From a virus (taxonomy: Duplodnaviria; Heunggongvirae; Uroviricota; Caudoviricetes), in IMG/VR virus record IMGVR_UViG_3300027710_001079, positions 128,833 to 192,832 of that record: a stretch of DNA of 64,000 nt, one strand, 5' to 3'. Position numbers and translations under genes: made by a program. Shown here piece after piece: positions 18,539 to 24,693 of this stretch. A model generated the notes under the pieces. The model worked only from the letters and a program-made list of their open reading frames with translations, did not search any database and was not told where the DNA came from. Each line of letters starts with the position of its first letter. Position 1 is the stretch's first letter.

Positions 18539-18628
18539 TGGCGGTGCGACTGAGACTCGAACTCAGAACCCGGCTTTCACCGAGCGACGGATTAGCAATC
18601 CGCTCTAATACCATTATAGGACCGCACC
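18539..18628 (-). tRNA. tRNA-Ser: tRNA-Ser(GCT), type II
   Basis: Hand fold. 3-bp D stem, anticodon loop TTGCTAA, variable arm CTCGG-TGAAAG-CCGGG, T arm CTGAG-TTCGAGT-CTCAG, CCA encoded. 90 nt. Confidence 0.75.
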
Positions 18629-18633
18629 ATATT

Positions 18634-18709
18634 TGGCTCCCCAGCGTGGGATCGAACCACGGACACCTTGATTAACAGTCAAGTGCAACTACCGCTGTGC
18701 TACTAGGGA
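18634..18709 (-). tRNA. tRNA-Asn: tRNA-Asn(GTT)
   Basis: Hand fold. Perfect anticodon stem CTTGA/TCAAG, loop CTGTTAA, T arm CGTGG-TTCGATC-CCACG, CCA encoded. Confidence 0.75.
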
Positions 18710-18722
18710 ATATATTCTTTAC

Positions 18723-18956
18723 TTACACACTAGTACTTGCAGTACCGGTGTCATTGGTTACGTAACTAGTACCCTGTGGACGAGGTGCGTTACGATCACG
18801 TTTTTCTGATCTTGGAACAATGCTTGCTGCCACTTGAGCATCAATCATTGCATTTTTAAAACCATGACGGTCTTGTTCATTTTTAAACTTCATCAATGCT
18901 AACATTGTTTTTGTTCGTTTACTCAACTTAAAAGTTGCAGATGTTCTTGATCTCAT
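18723..18956 (-). CDS. hypothetical small basic protein within the tRNA array
   Basis: ORF-track 77 aa. Does not overlap the flanking tRNAs. Confidence 0.3.
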   Translation of the reverse strand: MRSRTSATFKLSKRTKTMLALMKFKNEQDRHGFKNAMIDAQVAASIVPRSEKRDRNAPRPQGTSYVTNDTGTASTSV

Positions 18957-18977
18957 TTTAGTCCTTAATAAAAAATT

Positions 18978-19051
18978 GGTCCGGCGTAGAGGAATCGAAC
19001 CTCTATTAAGACTTTAGAAGAATCCTGTCCTATCCATTGAACGAACGCCAG
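18978..19051 (-). tRNA. tRNA-Arg: tRNA-Arg(TCT)
   Basis: Hand fold. D arm GTTC-AATGGATA-GGAC, anticodon loop CTTCTAA, T arm AGAGG-TTCGATT-CCTCT, CCA encoded. Confidence 0.75.
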
Positions 19052-19060
19052 GTAATTGTT

Positions 19061-19144
19061 TGGTACGAGAGACGGGACTCGAACCCGTATGCCTTTCGAC
19101 GGGAGATTTTAAGTCTCCTGAGTATACCATTTCTCCACTCTCGC
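19061..19144 (-). tRNA. tRNA-Leu: tRNA-Leu(TAA), type II
   Basis: Hand fold. 3-bp D stem, anticodon stem GGAGA/TCTCC, loop CTTAAAA, long variable arm, T arm ACGGG-TTCGAGT-CCCGT, CCA encoded. 84 nt. Confidence 0.75.
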
Positions 19145-19232
19145 ATTCACCATATTAGAACACATTTAAACAGTCCTTCAACGCTAGACGCTATCTCCCC
19201 AACTAGAGGGCGGAACTGTATGTGTTTTAATA

Positions 19233-19316
19233 TGGTGCCCCAGGTCGGACTCGAACCGACACGGATTTCTCCACTGGCTTCTAAGACCAGCGTGGCTACC
19301 ATTACACCACCGGGGC
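19233..19316 (-). tRNA. tRNA-Leu: tRNA-Leu(TAG), type II
   Basis: Hand fold. Anticodon loop CTTAGAA, long variable arm, T arm GTCGG-TTCGAGT-CCGAC, CCA encoded. 84 nt. Confidence 0.7.
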
Positions 19317-19371
19317 AAAATACTGACTTAACTTTTTAATGAACAGTGCTGTGTTAACAGCGTATGTATTA

Positions 19372-19400
19372 ATTATACAGTCTATTTAACAGTGTGTCAA
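19372..19400 (-). promoter_or_regulatory. consensus sigma70 promoter inside the tRNA array
   Basis: Minus strand reads TTGACAcactgttaaatagactgTATAAT. -35 at 19395..19400, -10 at 19372..19377. Points toward the tRNA-Leu/Arg/Asn block. Confidence 0.55.
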
Positions 19401-19420
19401 TAGATATATAAAAATATTTT

Positions 19421-19495
19421 TGGAAGAGCTACGGGGAATCGAACCCCGCTTGCCTGGATGAAAACCAGATGTCCTAACCGATAGACGATAGCTCC
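19421..19495 (-). tRNA. tRNA-Glu: tRNA-Glu(TTC)
   Basis: Hand fold. D arm GTCT-ATCGGTTA-GGAC, anticodon loop TTTTCAT, T arm CGGGG-TTCGATT-CCCCG, CCA encoded. Confidence 0.7.
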
Positions 19496-19637
19496 ATAAA
19501 AAGTGTTAGGTGTGCTACTACGCTAAAAGGGAAACAGTCCTTACCAGTTACGGGGTGACCTATTACTTCCTAGACTATATCTAGGCCCTACTCCTTAGAG
19601 GATGGACGCCTTTAATCCCACCTTCCTAACTATAACT

Positions 19638-19712
19638 TGGTGGTGATGAGTAGAGTCGAACTACCACCTTGCTCCGTATGAAGGAGGTGCACTACCATTA
19701 TGCTACATCACC
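19638..19712 (-). tRNA. tRNA-Met: tRNA-Met(CAT), elongator or Ile2-type
   Basis: Hand fold. Acceptor GGTGATG/CATCACC, D arm GCAT-AATGGTA-GTGC, anticodon loop TTCATAC, T loop TTCGACT, CCA encoded. Confidence 0.7.
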
Positions 19713-19809
19713 ATATGTAAACACACTAAGGTTTATTAAGAGTTATGACTATGTCAAAGAGCTCCTGGGATACCAAACCTGATCTTTTTACAGATTTAAG
19801 TATGTTTAC

Positions 19810-19860
19810 ATATGGTAGGGGCACAGGGAATCGAACCCTGATAGACCGGATCTTTGAAGT
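19810..19860 (-). pseudogene. tRNA 3'-half fragment (T arm + acceptor 3' strand + CCA, no matching 5' half)
   Basis: CAGGG-TTCGATT-CCCTG-TGCCCCT-A-CCA is present. No D arm or complementary acceptor 5' strand lies upstream. Confidence 0.4.
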
Positions 19861-19891
19861 CTTAGATTTTATTTGCTGAGTTTAGCAATAA

Positions 19892-20371
19892 TCATTTGTC
19901 TTTTAATCTGTCCCAAGCACGATCCTGAGTTTGTTGTGCCTTGCGGGCGTATGCTGGATCTTTATCTGCTTGTTTACTTGTTACTCTATCTGCGGCACGA
20001 TTGTGGACCTTGCCTAACTGCTTCTGACCTTTAGCAGTATCACCGTATTCTTCTAAAGAGCCTTCTGATACACCTTGCTCTTTATCCTTCTTTGCTTTTT
20101 CTATTGCGTCCCATTCGGCTCCGGTCTTTTCACCTCGTTTTTTCTTTACAGGAGGTTTAGATGAACGAACACCAGTGTGTTGATTTATATAATCACCGCT
20201 TGGAGTTTTGGTCCAGCCCTCTGCTACTTCTTCGCTTTGGGCATTTTCAATAAGGTTGATATAATCGCGGATAGATTTGTTTGTCATAGTGTAGTATTTA
20301 TGCTTCACGCTTCCAAAATCTAAAAGATTCCGCGAGTTTTTCGCGGATGTATTCTTCTGTTTCGGTATCAC
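19892..20371 (-). CDS. hypothetical Lys/Glu-rich protein
   Basis: ORF-track 159 aa. Low-complexity charged C-terminus. Confidence 0.4.
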   Translation of the reverse strand: MIPKQKNTSAKNSRNLLDFGSVKHKYYTMTNKSIRDYINLIENAQSEEVAEGWTKTPSGDYINQHTGVRSSKPPVKKKRGEKTGAEWDAIEKAKKDKEQGVSEGSLEEYGDTAKGQKQLGKVHNRAADRVTSKQADKDPAYARKAQQTQDRAWDRLKDK

Positions 20372-20443
20372 AAGATGCTAACTCACTATCCACCAAATCG
20401 TGAATTTTTGTCCATAATTCGTTGTATAGGTCTTGTTCATTCA

Positions 20444-21019
20444 TTACTTAACTCCTAACAATCGTTTAGCTCTTGAATAGTTATTACCCTTTGCCGCAAT
20501 ACCTGCCTTAAGCAAACCTTGCCTGATATTATCAGTTTCTTTTAGGCATTGTAGTAAGAACTCATCCGAGACTTCATTTACTCCATTCCTAGATGGTTTG
20601 TTTCTTCCTCGCCAAGTATCAGTAATACTATGGCAGTTCGGACACAATCCTTCTAAGTTTTCTCTACTATTATTAGTAGTGTTGCCATCTTTGTGTTCTA
20701 GTTCAAGCGGAATCTTAAACCCCTGCCATTCACTTACACCGCATCTATTACAGCAATGATTTTGTTCTTCAAACACCCTGCGGCGTCTGTTTTCAGAACC
20801 CAACTCGGCAAACGGTGTAGCATTGTATTTGTCTAATCGTGCTTGCCTAATGTTTGCTTTCCATTGTTCTGGATTTGCCCTAACTGCTGTTCGTCCTGCC
20901 AACTTAGCAGAACGACTTTCATTTATATCTTTACTCCACTCTCTGCTATTGGCACAAGAGCGTGAGCAGTATAAGCCTGCTTTTTCGTGTTCTTTGTTAC
21001 ACTTAGGACATTGTTTCAT
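20444..21019 (-). CDS. HNH homing endonuclease
   Basis: Zinc-finger-like CPKC...CSRSC pair, then ELEHKDGN...NLEGLCPNCH HNH motif. Embedded in the tRNA array. Confidence 0.7.
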   Translation of the reverse strand: MKQCPKCNKEHEKAGLYCSRSCANSREWSKDINESRSAKLAGRTAVRANPEQWKANIRQARLDKYNATPFAELGSENRRRRVFEEQNHCCNRCGVSEWQGFKIPLELEHKDGNTTNNSRENLEGLCPNCHSITDTWRGRNKPSRNGVNEVSDEFLLQCLKETDNIRQGLLKAGIAAKGNNYSRAKRLLGVK

Positions 21020-21156
21020 ATCGTACCTTGTTAAAATATAAAAGTATTTATCTAAGTACGATATAAAACAACATTCTAATGGTGAGGGTGTAGGGTACTG
21101 ACCCCTATTTTACGAGTTAAAAGCTCGTTACTTCACCTTAAAGTTTCACCCCCATA

Positions 21157-21231
21157 TGGTCCCTCCGCTGAGAATTGAACTCAGTCTTCTCGGATTAAGA
21201 GTCCGGTATGCTACCGTAACATCTCGAAGGG
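21157..21231 (-). tRNA. tRNA-Lys: tRNA-Lys(CTT)
   Basis: Hand fold. Acceptor CCCTTCG/CGGAGGG, D arm ATGT-TACGGTA-GCAT, anticodon loop CTCTTAA, T loop TTCAATT, CCA encoded. Confidence 0.6.
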
Positions 21232-21339
21232 ATGGATCGTAAGAATTGTCTTTTACGTGCCATCCAGGACCATACGGGGGTCTAGGATGACACTAACGTT
21301 TACCTGAACGTTTCATGTCGTTCTCCTTTTAAATAAAAT

Positions 21340-21414
21340 TGGCGGTACCAGGGGGTAACGATCCCCCTCCTCAGCAGTGACAGTGCTGTGTGCGTCCATG
21401 AACACCTTGGAACC
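21340..21414 (-). tRNA. tRNA-Asp: tRNA-Asp(GTC)-like with non-canonical T loop (ATCGTTA)
   Basis: Acceptor GGTTCCA/TGGTACC, D arm GTGT-TCATGGAC-GCAC, perfect anticodon stem CAGCA/TGCTG, loop CTGTCAC, CCA encoded. The T loop deviates from TTCRANN and may be degenerate. Confidence 0.45.
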
Positions 21415-21419
21415 TAAAT

Positions 21420-21506
21420 TGGTGGAGACGACTGGAGTCGAACCAGTAGTGCCTTTCGGGCGGCGGATTTACAGTCCACTGGGGTTACCAATTTTCCTAC
21501 ATCTCC
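21420..21506 (-). tRNA. tRNA-Tyr: tRNA-Tyr(GTA), type II
   Basis: Hand fold. Anticodon stem GTGGA/TCCGC, loop CTGTAAA, variable arm CGCCCGAAAGGC, T arm ACTGG-TTCGACT-CCAGT, CCA encoded. 87 nt. Confidence 0.7.
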
Positions 21507-21628
21507 ATTAATTGAATCCTCTACACTATATGCCTATCCTCAACAGCTTTACTCGAGATTACTGTTTATTGAATAAGTTACATAACGTATGATCAAACCT
21601 CTGTGCTTGCAGAGGATTCAATTAATGG
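21505..21628. repeat. perfect 18-bp inverted repeat bracketing the tRNA-Tyr/tRNA-Ile spacer
   Basis: ccattaattgaatcctct at 21505..21522 is the exact reverse complement of agaggattcaattaatgg at 21611..21628. The arms overlap the 5' end of tRNA-Tyr and the CCA end of tRNA-Ile. Confidence 0.75.
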
Positions 21629-21700
21629 TACCCGAAGCAAGATTTGAACTTGCGACCAACGGCTTATCAAGCCGCTGCTCTACCACTGAGCTATCCGGGT
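21626..21700 (-). tRNA. tRNA-Ile: tRNA-Ile(GAT)
   Basis: Hand fold. D arm GCTC-AGTGGTA-GAGC, anticodon loop TTGATAA, T arm GCAAG-TTCAAAT-CTTGC, CCA encoded. Confidence 0.8.
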
Positions 21701-21832
21701 AAACTTTTGATTTAACTTTTTAAAGAACGTTTGTTAATTTCTTAACATGTGTATATTATAGCAAAGTTTTGCCACTTTGTCAAGTTCTTTTTGTGTTGTA
21801 TTTTTACAACATATTTGGCACCCGTTACGGAT

Positions 21833-22486
21833 TTAAACCTTTATAATTCTGCCCTTACTCCACCCATTTGGAATATCATCAGACTTTTTAATTTTTTTAT
21901 TTTCTATGCCGTTAGTAATCCACATAGTTCCAAACTGTGAGCCTTTTTCACCTTTACCTCTCCCAGTTCTTTGCCATGTTAATTTCTTCTTAGCAATTGC
22001 CTCTGGAGAATTAGCTACTGACAACGCAGTCCAGTAATTTGGATTTTTTACAGAAGAGTTTCCAAGTTTACCTAATTGGCTCCGTTCTTCAGGAGTTAAT
22101 TGTGCCATTCTTGATTTTCCGCCCTTCGATGACTCGTTAGGAGTTAACTTAAAATTTTTACTATGCTTATTGATATAATCAAATCCGCCGTAGCCTCCTC
22201 GTCTTTTATTGTAAACATCTGTTCTTAATAAAAATTCTTCGTTTACAATTTCTTTTTCTCGATTAAACATAGACTCTGAAGTATCGAATGTTTCTAATAT
22301 TCTTTTGGAAAAATTTTCAATTCCGAACTCTTTATATGCTTTATGAAGTTCTGAACCAGACCCCATATAACCGTCATCCATATTTTTAGTTTTATGGACT
22401 CCAACATAAATCATATTGTTTATGTTGTTTCTAATTTCGTACAAATAGTAGTATCTCATAAAACTATTTATACTTTGTGTGGGCAA
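21833..22486 (-). CDS. GIY-YIG homing endonuclease
   Basis: N-terminal YYLYEIRN...MIYVGV GIY-YIG motif, then RRGGYGG. Embedded in the tRNA array. Confidence 0.65.
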   Translation of the reverse strand: MPTQSINSFMRYYYLYEIRNNINNMIYVGVHKTKNMDDGYMGSGSELHKAYKEFGIENFSKRILETFDTSESMFNREKEIVNEEFLLRTDVYNKRRGGYGGFDYINKHSKNFKLTPNESSKGGKSRMAQLTPEERSQLGKLGNSSVKNPNYWTALSVANSPEAIAKKKLTWQRTGRGKGEKGSQFGTMWITNGIENKKIKKSDDIPNGWSKGRIIKV

Positions 22487-22568
22487 GTGTGGAATCGAAC
22501 CACCTAGTCTCTCATGTTCGAAAGGGCCTAGAATTTCTTAAGAGTGCGAAACCATTTCGCGTCATGCC
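22478..22568 (-). tRNA. irregular tRNA-like gene (D arm and T arm present; acceptor and anticodon arm imperfect)
   Basis: D arm GCGA-AATGGTT-TCGC and T arm GGTGG-TTCGATT-CCACA in canonical order. The acceptor pairs at only 5/7 positions and no clean 5-7-5 anticodon arm is found. Possible pseudo-tRNA or intron-bearing tRNA. Confidence 0.3.
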
Positions 22569-22574
22569 TATAAT

Positions 22575-22649
22575 TGGTAGTTCCTACTGGGATCGAACCA
22601 GTGACCTTCACAATGTCAATGTGATATTCTACCGCTGAAATAAGGAACT
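22575..22649 (-). tRNA. tRNA-Val: tRNA-Val(GAC)
   Basis: Hand fold. Perfect acceptor AGTTCCT/AGGAACT, perfect anticodon stem TCACA/TGTGA, loop TTGACAT, T arm CACTGG-TTCGATC-CCAGT, CCA encoded. Confidence 0.8.
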
Positions 22650-22655
22650 GTTGTT

Positions 22656-22774
22656 TGGTGGTGACCCCTGGATTCGAACCAGGATCTCGTCCTTATGAAT
22701 GGAATGAAGTAGTTGCTGTATTGTATCCTTGCCAGGATCGCTTTCTACGTGTGCTACCGTTACACCAAGTCACC
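22656..22774 (-). tRNA. 119-nt tRNA with a ~45-nt insertion between D arm and T arm (possible intron or giant variable region)
   Basis: Acceptor GGTGACT/GGTCACC, D arm GTGT-AACGGTA-GCAC, T arm CCTGG-TTCGAAT-CCAGG, CCA encoded. The intervening 66 nt cannot be folded into a single anticodon arm plus normal variable loop. Confidence 0.4.
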
Positions 22775-22775
22775 G

Positions 22776-22853
22776 TGGTACCCTAGGTCGGATTCGAACC
22801 GACACGATTCTCCTTTTGAGAGAGACGCCTCATTCCAATTGGGCTACTAGGGC
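22776..22853 (-). tRNA. tRNA (anticodon loop CTCAAAA, CAA = Leu by anticodon, but short variable arm)
   Basis: Acceptor GCCCTAG/CTAGGGT, 3-bp D stem with long D loop, anticodon stem TCTCT/GGAGA, T arm GTCGG-TTCGAAT-CCGAC, CCA encoded. Confidence 0.5.
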
Positions 22854-22861
22854 ATAAAAAT

Positions 22862-22935
22862 TGGTGCGGGGTAGGAGAATCGAACTCCTGCTTAAACGTT
22901 GGCAACGTCTGGTTCTACCATTTAACTAACCACGC
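22862..22935 (-). tRNA. tRNA-Gly: tRNA-Gly(GCC), second copy
   Basis: Hand fold. Anticodon stem AGACG/CGTTT, loop TTGCCAA, T arm AGGAG-TTCGATT-CTCCT, CCA encoded. Confidence 0.7.
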
Positions 22936-22941
22936 ATTATT

Positions 22942-23019
22942 TGGAATCTGGGGTGAGATTTGAACTCACGGTTTTACGGATTTGCAATCCATTGCATTGG
23001 GCCACTCTGCCACCCAGAC
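22942..23019 (-). tRNA. tRNA-Cys: tRNA-Cys(GCA)
   Basis: Hand fold. Anticodon stem ATGGA/TCCGT, loop TTGCAAA, T arm GTGAG-TTCAAAT-CTCAC, CCA encoded. Confidence 0.7.
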
Positions 23020-23030
23020 ATAATAAAACA

Positions 23031-23144
23031 GGATACTTTTTTTCGATGGCTTGTAAGCCATTGCTCTACCATTGAGCGAATCATTCCATCAGGAATAATG
23101 TTGGAATCGAACCAACGTGTCGTTAGACATTGCTGTAAGTATCC
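23031..23144 (-). ncRNA. yrlA-like: Y-RNA-like tRNA mimic (YrlA-type candidate) #2
   Basis: Minus-strand order: 8-bp closing stem GGATACTT/AAGTATCC; T arm GTTGG-TTCGATT-CCAAC; 7-bp acceptor-like stem ATTATTC/GAATGAT capped by loop CTGATG; D arm GCTC-AATGGTA-GAGC; extra hairpin ATGGC-TTACAA-GCCAT where the anticodon arm would be. Same permuted architecture as element #1. Confidence 0.5.
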
Positions 23145-23150
23145 TTAAAC

Positions 23151-23224
23151 TGGCACTCCCCTAGGGACTCGAACCCCAACGAACGGTTTTGGAGACCGCT
23201 ATGCTGCCATTACATCAGAGAAGT
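23151..23224 (-). tRNA. tRNA-Trp: tRNA-Trp(CCA)
   Basis: Hand fold. Acceptor ACTTCTC/GGGGAGT, D arm ATGT-AATGGCA-GCAT, anticodon loop CTCCAAA, T loop TTCGAGT, CCA encoded. Confidence 0.7.
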
Positions 23225-23229
23225 AAATT

Positions 23230-23314
23230 TGGTGGAAAGCAGAGGAGTCGAACCCCACCCGCCTCTTCAGCAGGACCTAGTTTTCAAGACTAGTCGGGGT
23301 ACCAACACCCCTGC
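23230..23314 (-). tRNA. tRNA-Ser: tRNA-Ser(TGA), type II (acceptor register ambiguous)
   Basis: Perfect anticodon stem CTAGT/ACTAG with loop CTTGAAA, long variable region, T loop TTCGACT. Two alternative acceptor pairings exist. 85 nt. Confidence 0.45.
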
Positions 23315-23330
23315 ATTACTTTCCATAATT

Positions 23331-23406
23331 TGGTACCACAAGCTGGACTCGAACCAGCAACACAAGAATTTTCAGTCCTCTGCTCTACCATTGGAGCTAT
23401 TGTGGC
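23331..23406 (-). tRNA. tRNA-Phe: tRNA-Phe(GAA)
   Basis: Hand fold. D arm GCTC-CAATGGTA-GAGC, anticodon loop CTGAAAA, T arm GCTGG-TTCGAGT-CCAGC, CCA encoded. Confidence 0.8.
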
Positions 23407-23422
23407 AATAAAACTTATTAGG

Positions 23423-23493
23423 GGTGACTATCGGGATTTGAACCCGAACTACCAGAGTCACAGTCTAGGTTGCTACCATTACAACATAGCCAC
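23423..23493 (-). tRNA. tRNA-His: tRNA-His(GTG), CCA not encoded
   Basis: Hand fold. Acceptor GTGGCTA/TAGTCAC, discriminator C, anticodon stem CTAGA/TCTGG, loop CTGTGAC, T arm TCGGG-TTCAAAT-CCCGA. Confidence 0.65.
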
Positions 23494-23510
23494 ACCTAAT
23501 AAGTCTCAAT

Positions 23511-23585
23511 TGGTGCCTCCGTATGGAATCGAACCACAATCCCCGGTTTCGTAGACCAGTGTATTATCCATTATACTACGGAGGC
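23511..23585 (-). tRNA. tRNA-Arg: tRNA-Arg(ACG)
   Basis: Hand fold. Perfect acceptor GCCTCCG/CGGAGGC, D arm GTAT-AATGGATA-ATAC, anticodon loop CTACGAA, T loop TTCGATT, CCA encoded. Confidence 0.8.
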
Positions 23586-23596
23586 AAATTAATTAG

Positions 23597-23670
23597 TGGT
23601 CTGGGTGGCAGGAATCGAACCTGCACCTCAAGTATCCAAGACTCGTCGACTTCCACTATCCTACACCCAG
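23597..23670 (-). tRNA. tRNA-Pro: tRNA-Pro(TGG)-like, second copy
   Basis: Perfect acceptor CTGGGTG/CACCCAG, anticodon stem CGAGT/ACTTG, loop CTTGGAT, T arm GCAGG-TTCGATT-CCTGC, CCA encoded. The D stem is weak. Confidence 0.55.
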
Positions 23671-23794
23671 ATATTGAATTTGTAAGTAGTTGCGTCCCTC
23701 ATATCGCAACCATTTTCCCTTGTAATAAAGCCGGCAGGGTCAAGATACGTCACTTGGGCTTTGTCCAGATGATACTCCAACTGTATTCCGATCT

Positions 23795-23830
23795 TCCGAT
23801 CGGACGGGGATCGAACCCGCTACCTTCTAC
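23795..23830 (-). pseudogene. isolated tRNA T-arm fragment (GCGGG-TTCGATC-CCCGT) with palindromic tail TCCGATCGGA
   Basis: T-arm signature without an identifiable acceptor partner, D arm or anticodon arm in the adjacent ~125 nt. Confidence 0.3.
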
Positions 23831-23891
23831 TGTTTCAGTCCTTCGAAGAAACCTTAACAGCGTGACTCTACTTGCTGACACTTACAAAACT

Positions 23892-23966
23892 TGGTGCCCC
23901 TTGCAGGAATCGAACCCACACACCCTGATTACAAAACAGGACCTCTACCATTAAGGATAAAAGGGC
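23892..23966 (-). tRNA. tRNA-Thr: tRNA-Thr(TGT)
   Basis: Hand fold. Acceptor GCCCTTT/AAGGGGC, anticodon loop TTTGTAA, T arm GTGGG-TTCGATT-CCTGC, CCA encoded. Confidence 0.65.
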
Positions 23967-23973
23967 AAAAATA

Positions 23974-24047
23974 TGGCACCCGGACTAGGGATCGAACCTA
24001 GGCTAACAGAGTCAAAGTCTGTTGTGCTACCATTACACAATCCGGGA
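23974..24047 (-). tRNA. tRNA-Gln: tRNA-Gln(TTG) with weak 1:72 pair
   Basis: Hand fold. D arm GTGT-AATGGTA-GCAC, perfect anticodon stem ACAGA/TCTGT, loop CTTTGAC, T arm CTAGG-TTCGATC-CCTAG, CCA encoded. U1:U72. Confidence 0.7.
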
Positions 24048-24124
24048 ACAAAATAACAGGATGGTTTTTGTCGCTAGACAACCAAAAAGTTTAGCTTTAA
24101 AGTTTGCTGAACCCATCCTAAAAC

Positions 24125-24199
24125 TGGTGGAGGCCGGGGGTATCGAACCCCTCTAGACAAGATGCTTGCAAGGCAACTCCGCAGCCCTCTGCTGCCCCC
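24125..24199 (-). tRNA. tRNA-Ala: tRNA-Ala(TGC)-like, second copy (G3:U70 present; short D arm)
   Basis: Acceptor GGGGGCA/GGCCTCC with G3:U70. Anticodon stem GTTGC/GCATC with the same U:U mismatch as the first Ala copy. Loop CTTGCAA, T loop TTCGATA, CCA encoded. Confidence 0.45.
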
Positions 24200-24206
24200 A
24201 TTATAT

Positions 24207-24285
24207 TGGCTCCGTGTGTGAGGATCGAACTCACCTAATCATTGATTAACAGTCAAGTCCTTGCACCATGCTTGGATTTCACGGA
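24207..24285 (-). tRNA. tRNA-Asn: tRNA-Asn(GTT)-like, second copy
   Basis: Anticodon arm CTTGA-CTGTTAA-TCAAT is nearly identical to the first Asn copy. 3-bp D stem with long D loop, T arm GTGAG-TTCGATC-CTCAC, CCA encoded. Confidence 0.55.
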
Positions 24286-24294
24286 ATAGAAAAC

Positions 24295-24369
24295 TGGCAC
24301 CGCAGACGAGAATCGAACTCGCCTAAGTCGGATAGACAATCCGTTGCCCTCCCAGAGGACTACTGCGGT
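24295..24369 (-). tRNA. tRNA-Asp: tRNA-Asp(GTC)
   Basis: Hand fold. Perfect acceptor ACCGCAG/CTGCGGT, D arm GTCC-TCTGGGA-GGGC, anticodon loop TTGTCTA, T loop TTCGATT, CCA encoded. Confidence 0.75.
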
Positions 24370-24374
24370 ATATT

Positions 24375-24449
24375 TGGTACTCCGAACGGGTTTCGATCCC
24401 GCTTCTCCAACTTGAAAGGCTGGCGTCCTAGCCACTAGACGACCGGAGT
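24375..24449 (-). tRNA. tRNA-Glu: tRNA-Glu(TTC), second copy; T loop ATCGAAA
   Basis: Hand fold. D arm GTCT-AGTGGCTA-GGAC, anticodon stem CCAGC/GTTGG, loop CTTTCAA, CCA encoded. Confidence 0.6.
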
Positions 24450-24525
24450 ATAATTAAACAGGTTGCTTTTTTACGTTTTCAATTAAAAGTTGAATGTATT
24501 ATGTTTGCTGAACGCAACCTAAACT

Positions 24526-24599
24526 TGGTTCCTAGAACAAGAATCGAACTTGTAATGACCGGTTATCAGCCGATTGTTATACCATTTAACTATCCAGGA
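24526..24599 (-). tRNA. tRNA-Ile: tRNA-Ile(GAT), second copy
   Basis: Hand fold. D arm GTTA-AATGGTA-TAAC, anticodon stem ATCGG/CCGGT, loop CTGATAA, T arm ACAAG-TTCGATT-CTTGT, CCA encoded. Confidence 0.7.
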
Positions 24600-24604
24600 A
24601 TAAT

Positions 24605-24693
24605 TGGTGAAGCGTGATAGAATCGAACTACTTGCCAGCCACCCCACTTAATAAAGGCTACCGGGTTACAGCCGGCAATGGGGAACACACTCC
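24605..24693 (-). tRNA. 89-nt type II-like tRNA, isotype unresolved (internal hairpin GCCGG-CTGTAAC-CCGGT)
   Basis: T loop TTCGATT, acceptor GGAGTGT/ACGCTTC, CCA encoded. The D-arm region is too short for a standard fold. Confidence 0.35.

Noticed and set aside
19810-19860. Possibility that the tRNA 3' fragment is a phage attP core
   Set aside because: No integrase anywhere in the window. The fragment sits mid-array next to homing endonucleases, so a recombination scar is more plausible. Kept as a pseudogene feature only.
21085-21110. Hairpin AGGGTACTGACCCCT followed by ATTTTA as a terminator
   Set aside because: T-run too short and on the plus strand where no gene ends. The minus-strand reading has no U-tract.
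23229-23954. Plus-strand ORFs 23229..23411, 23330..23554, 23523..23954 (and 22960..23148, 19037..19339)
   Set aside because: Run antisense across consecutive tRNA genes. These are open frames created by tRNA sequence, not genes.
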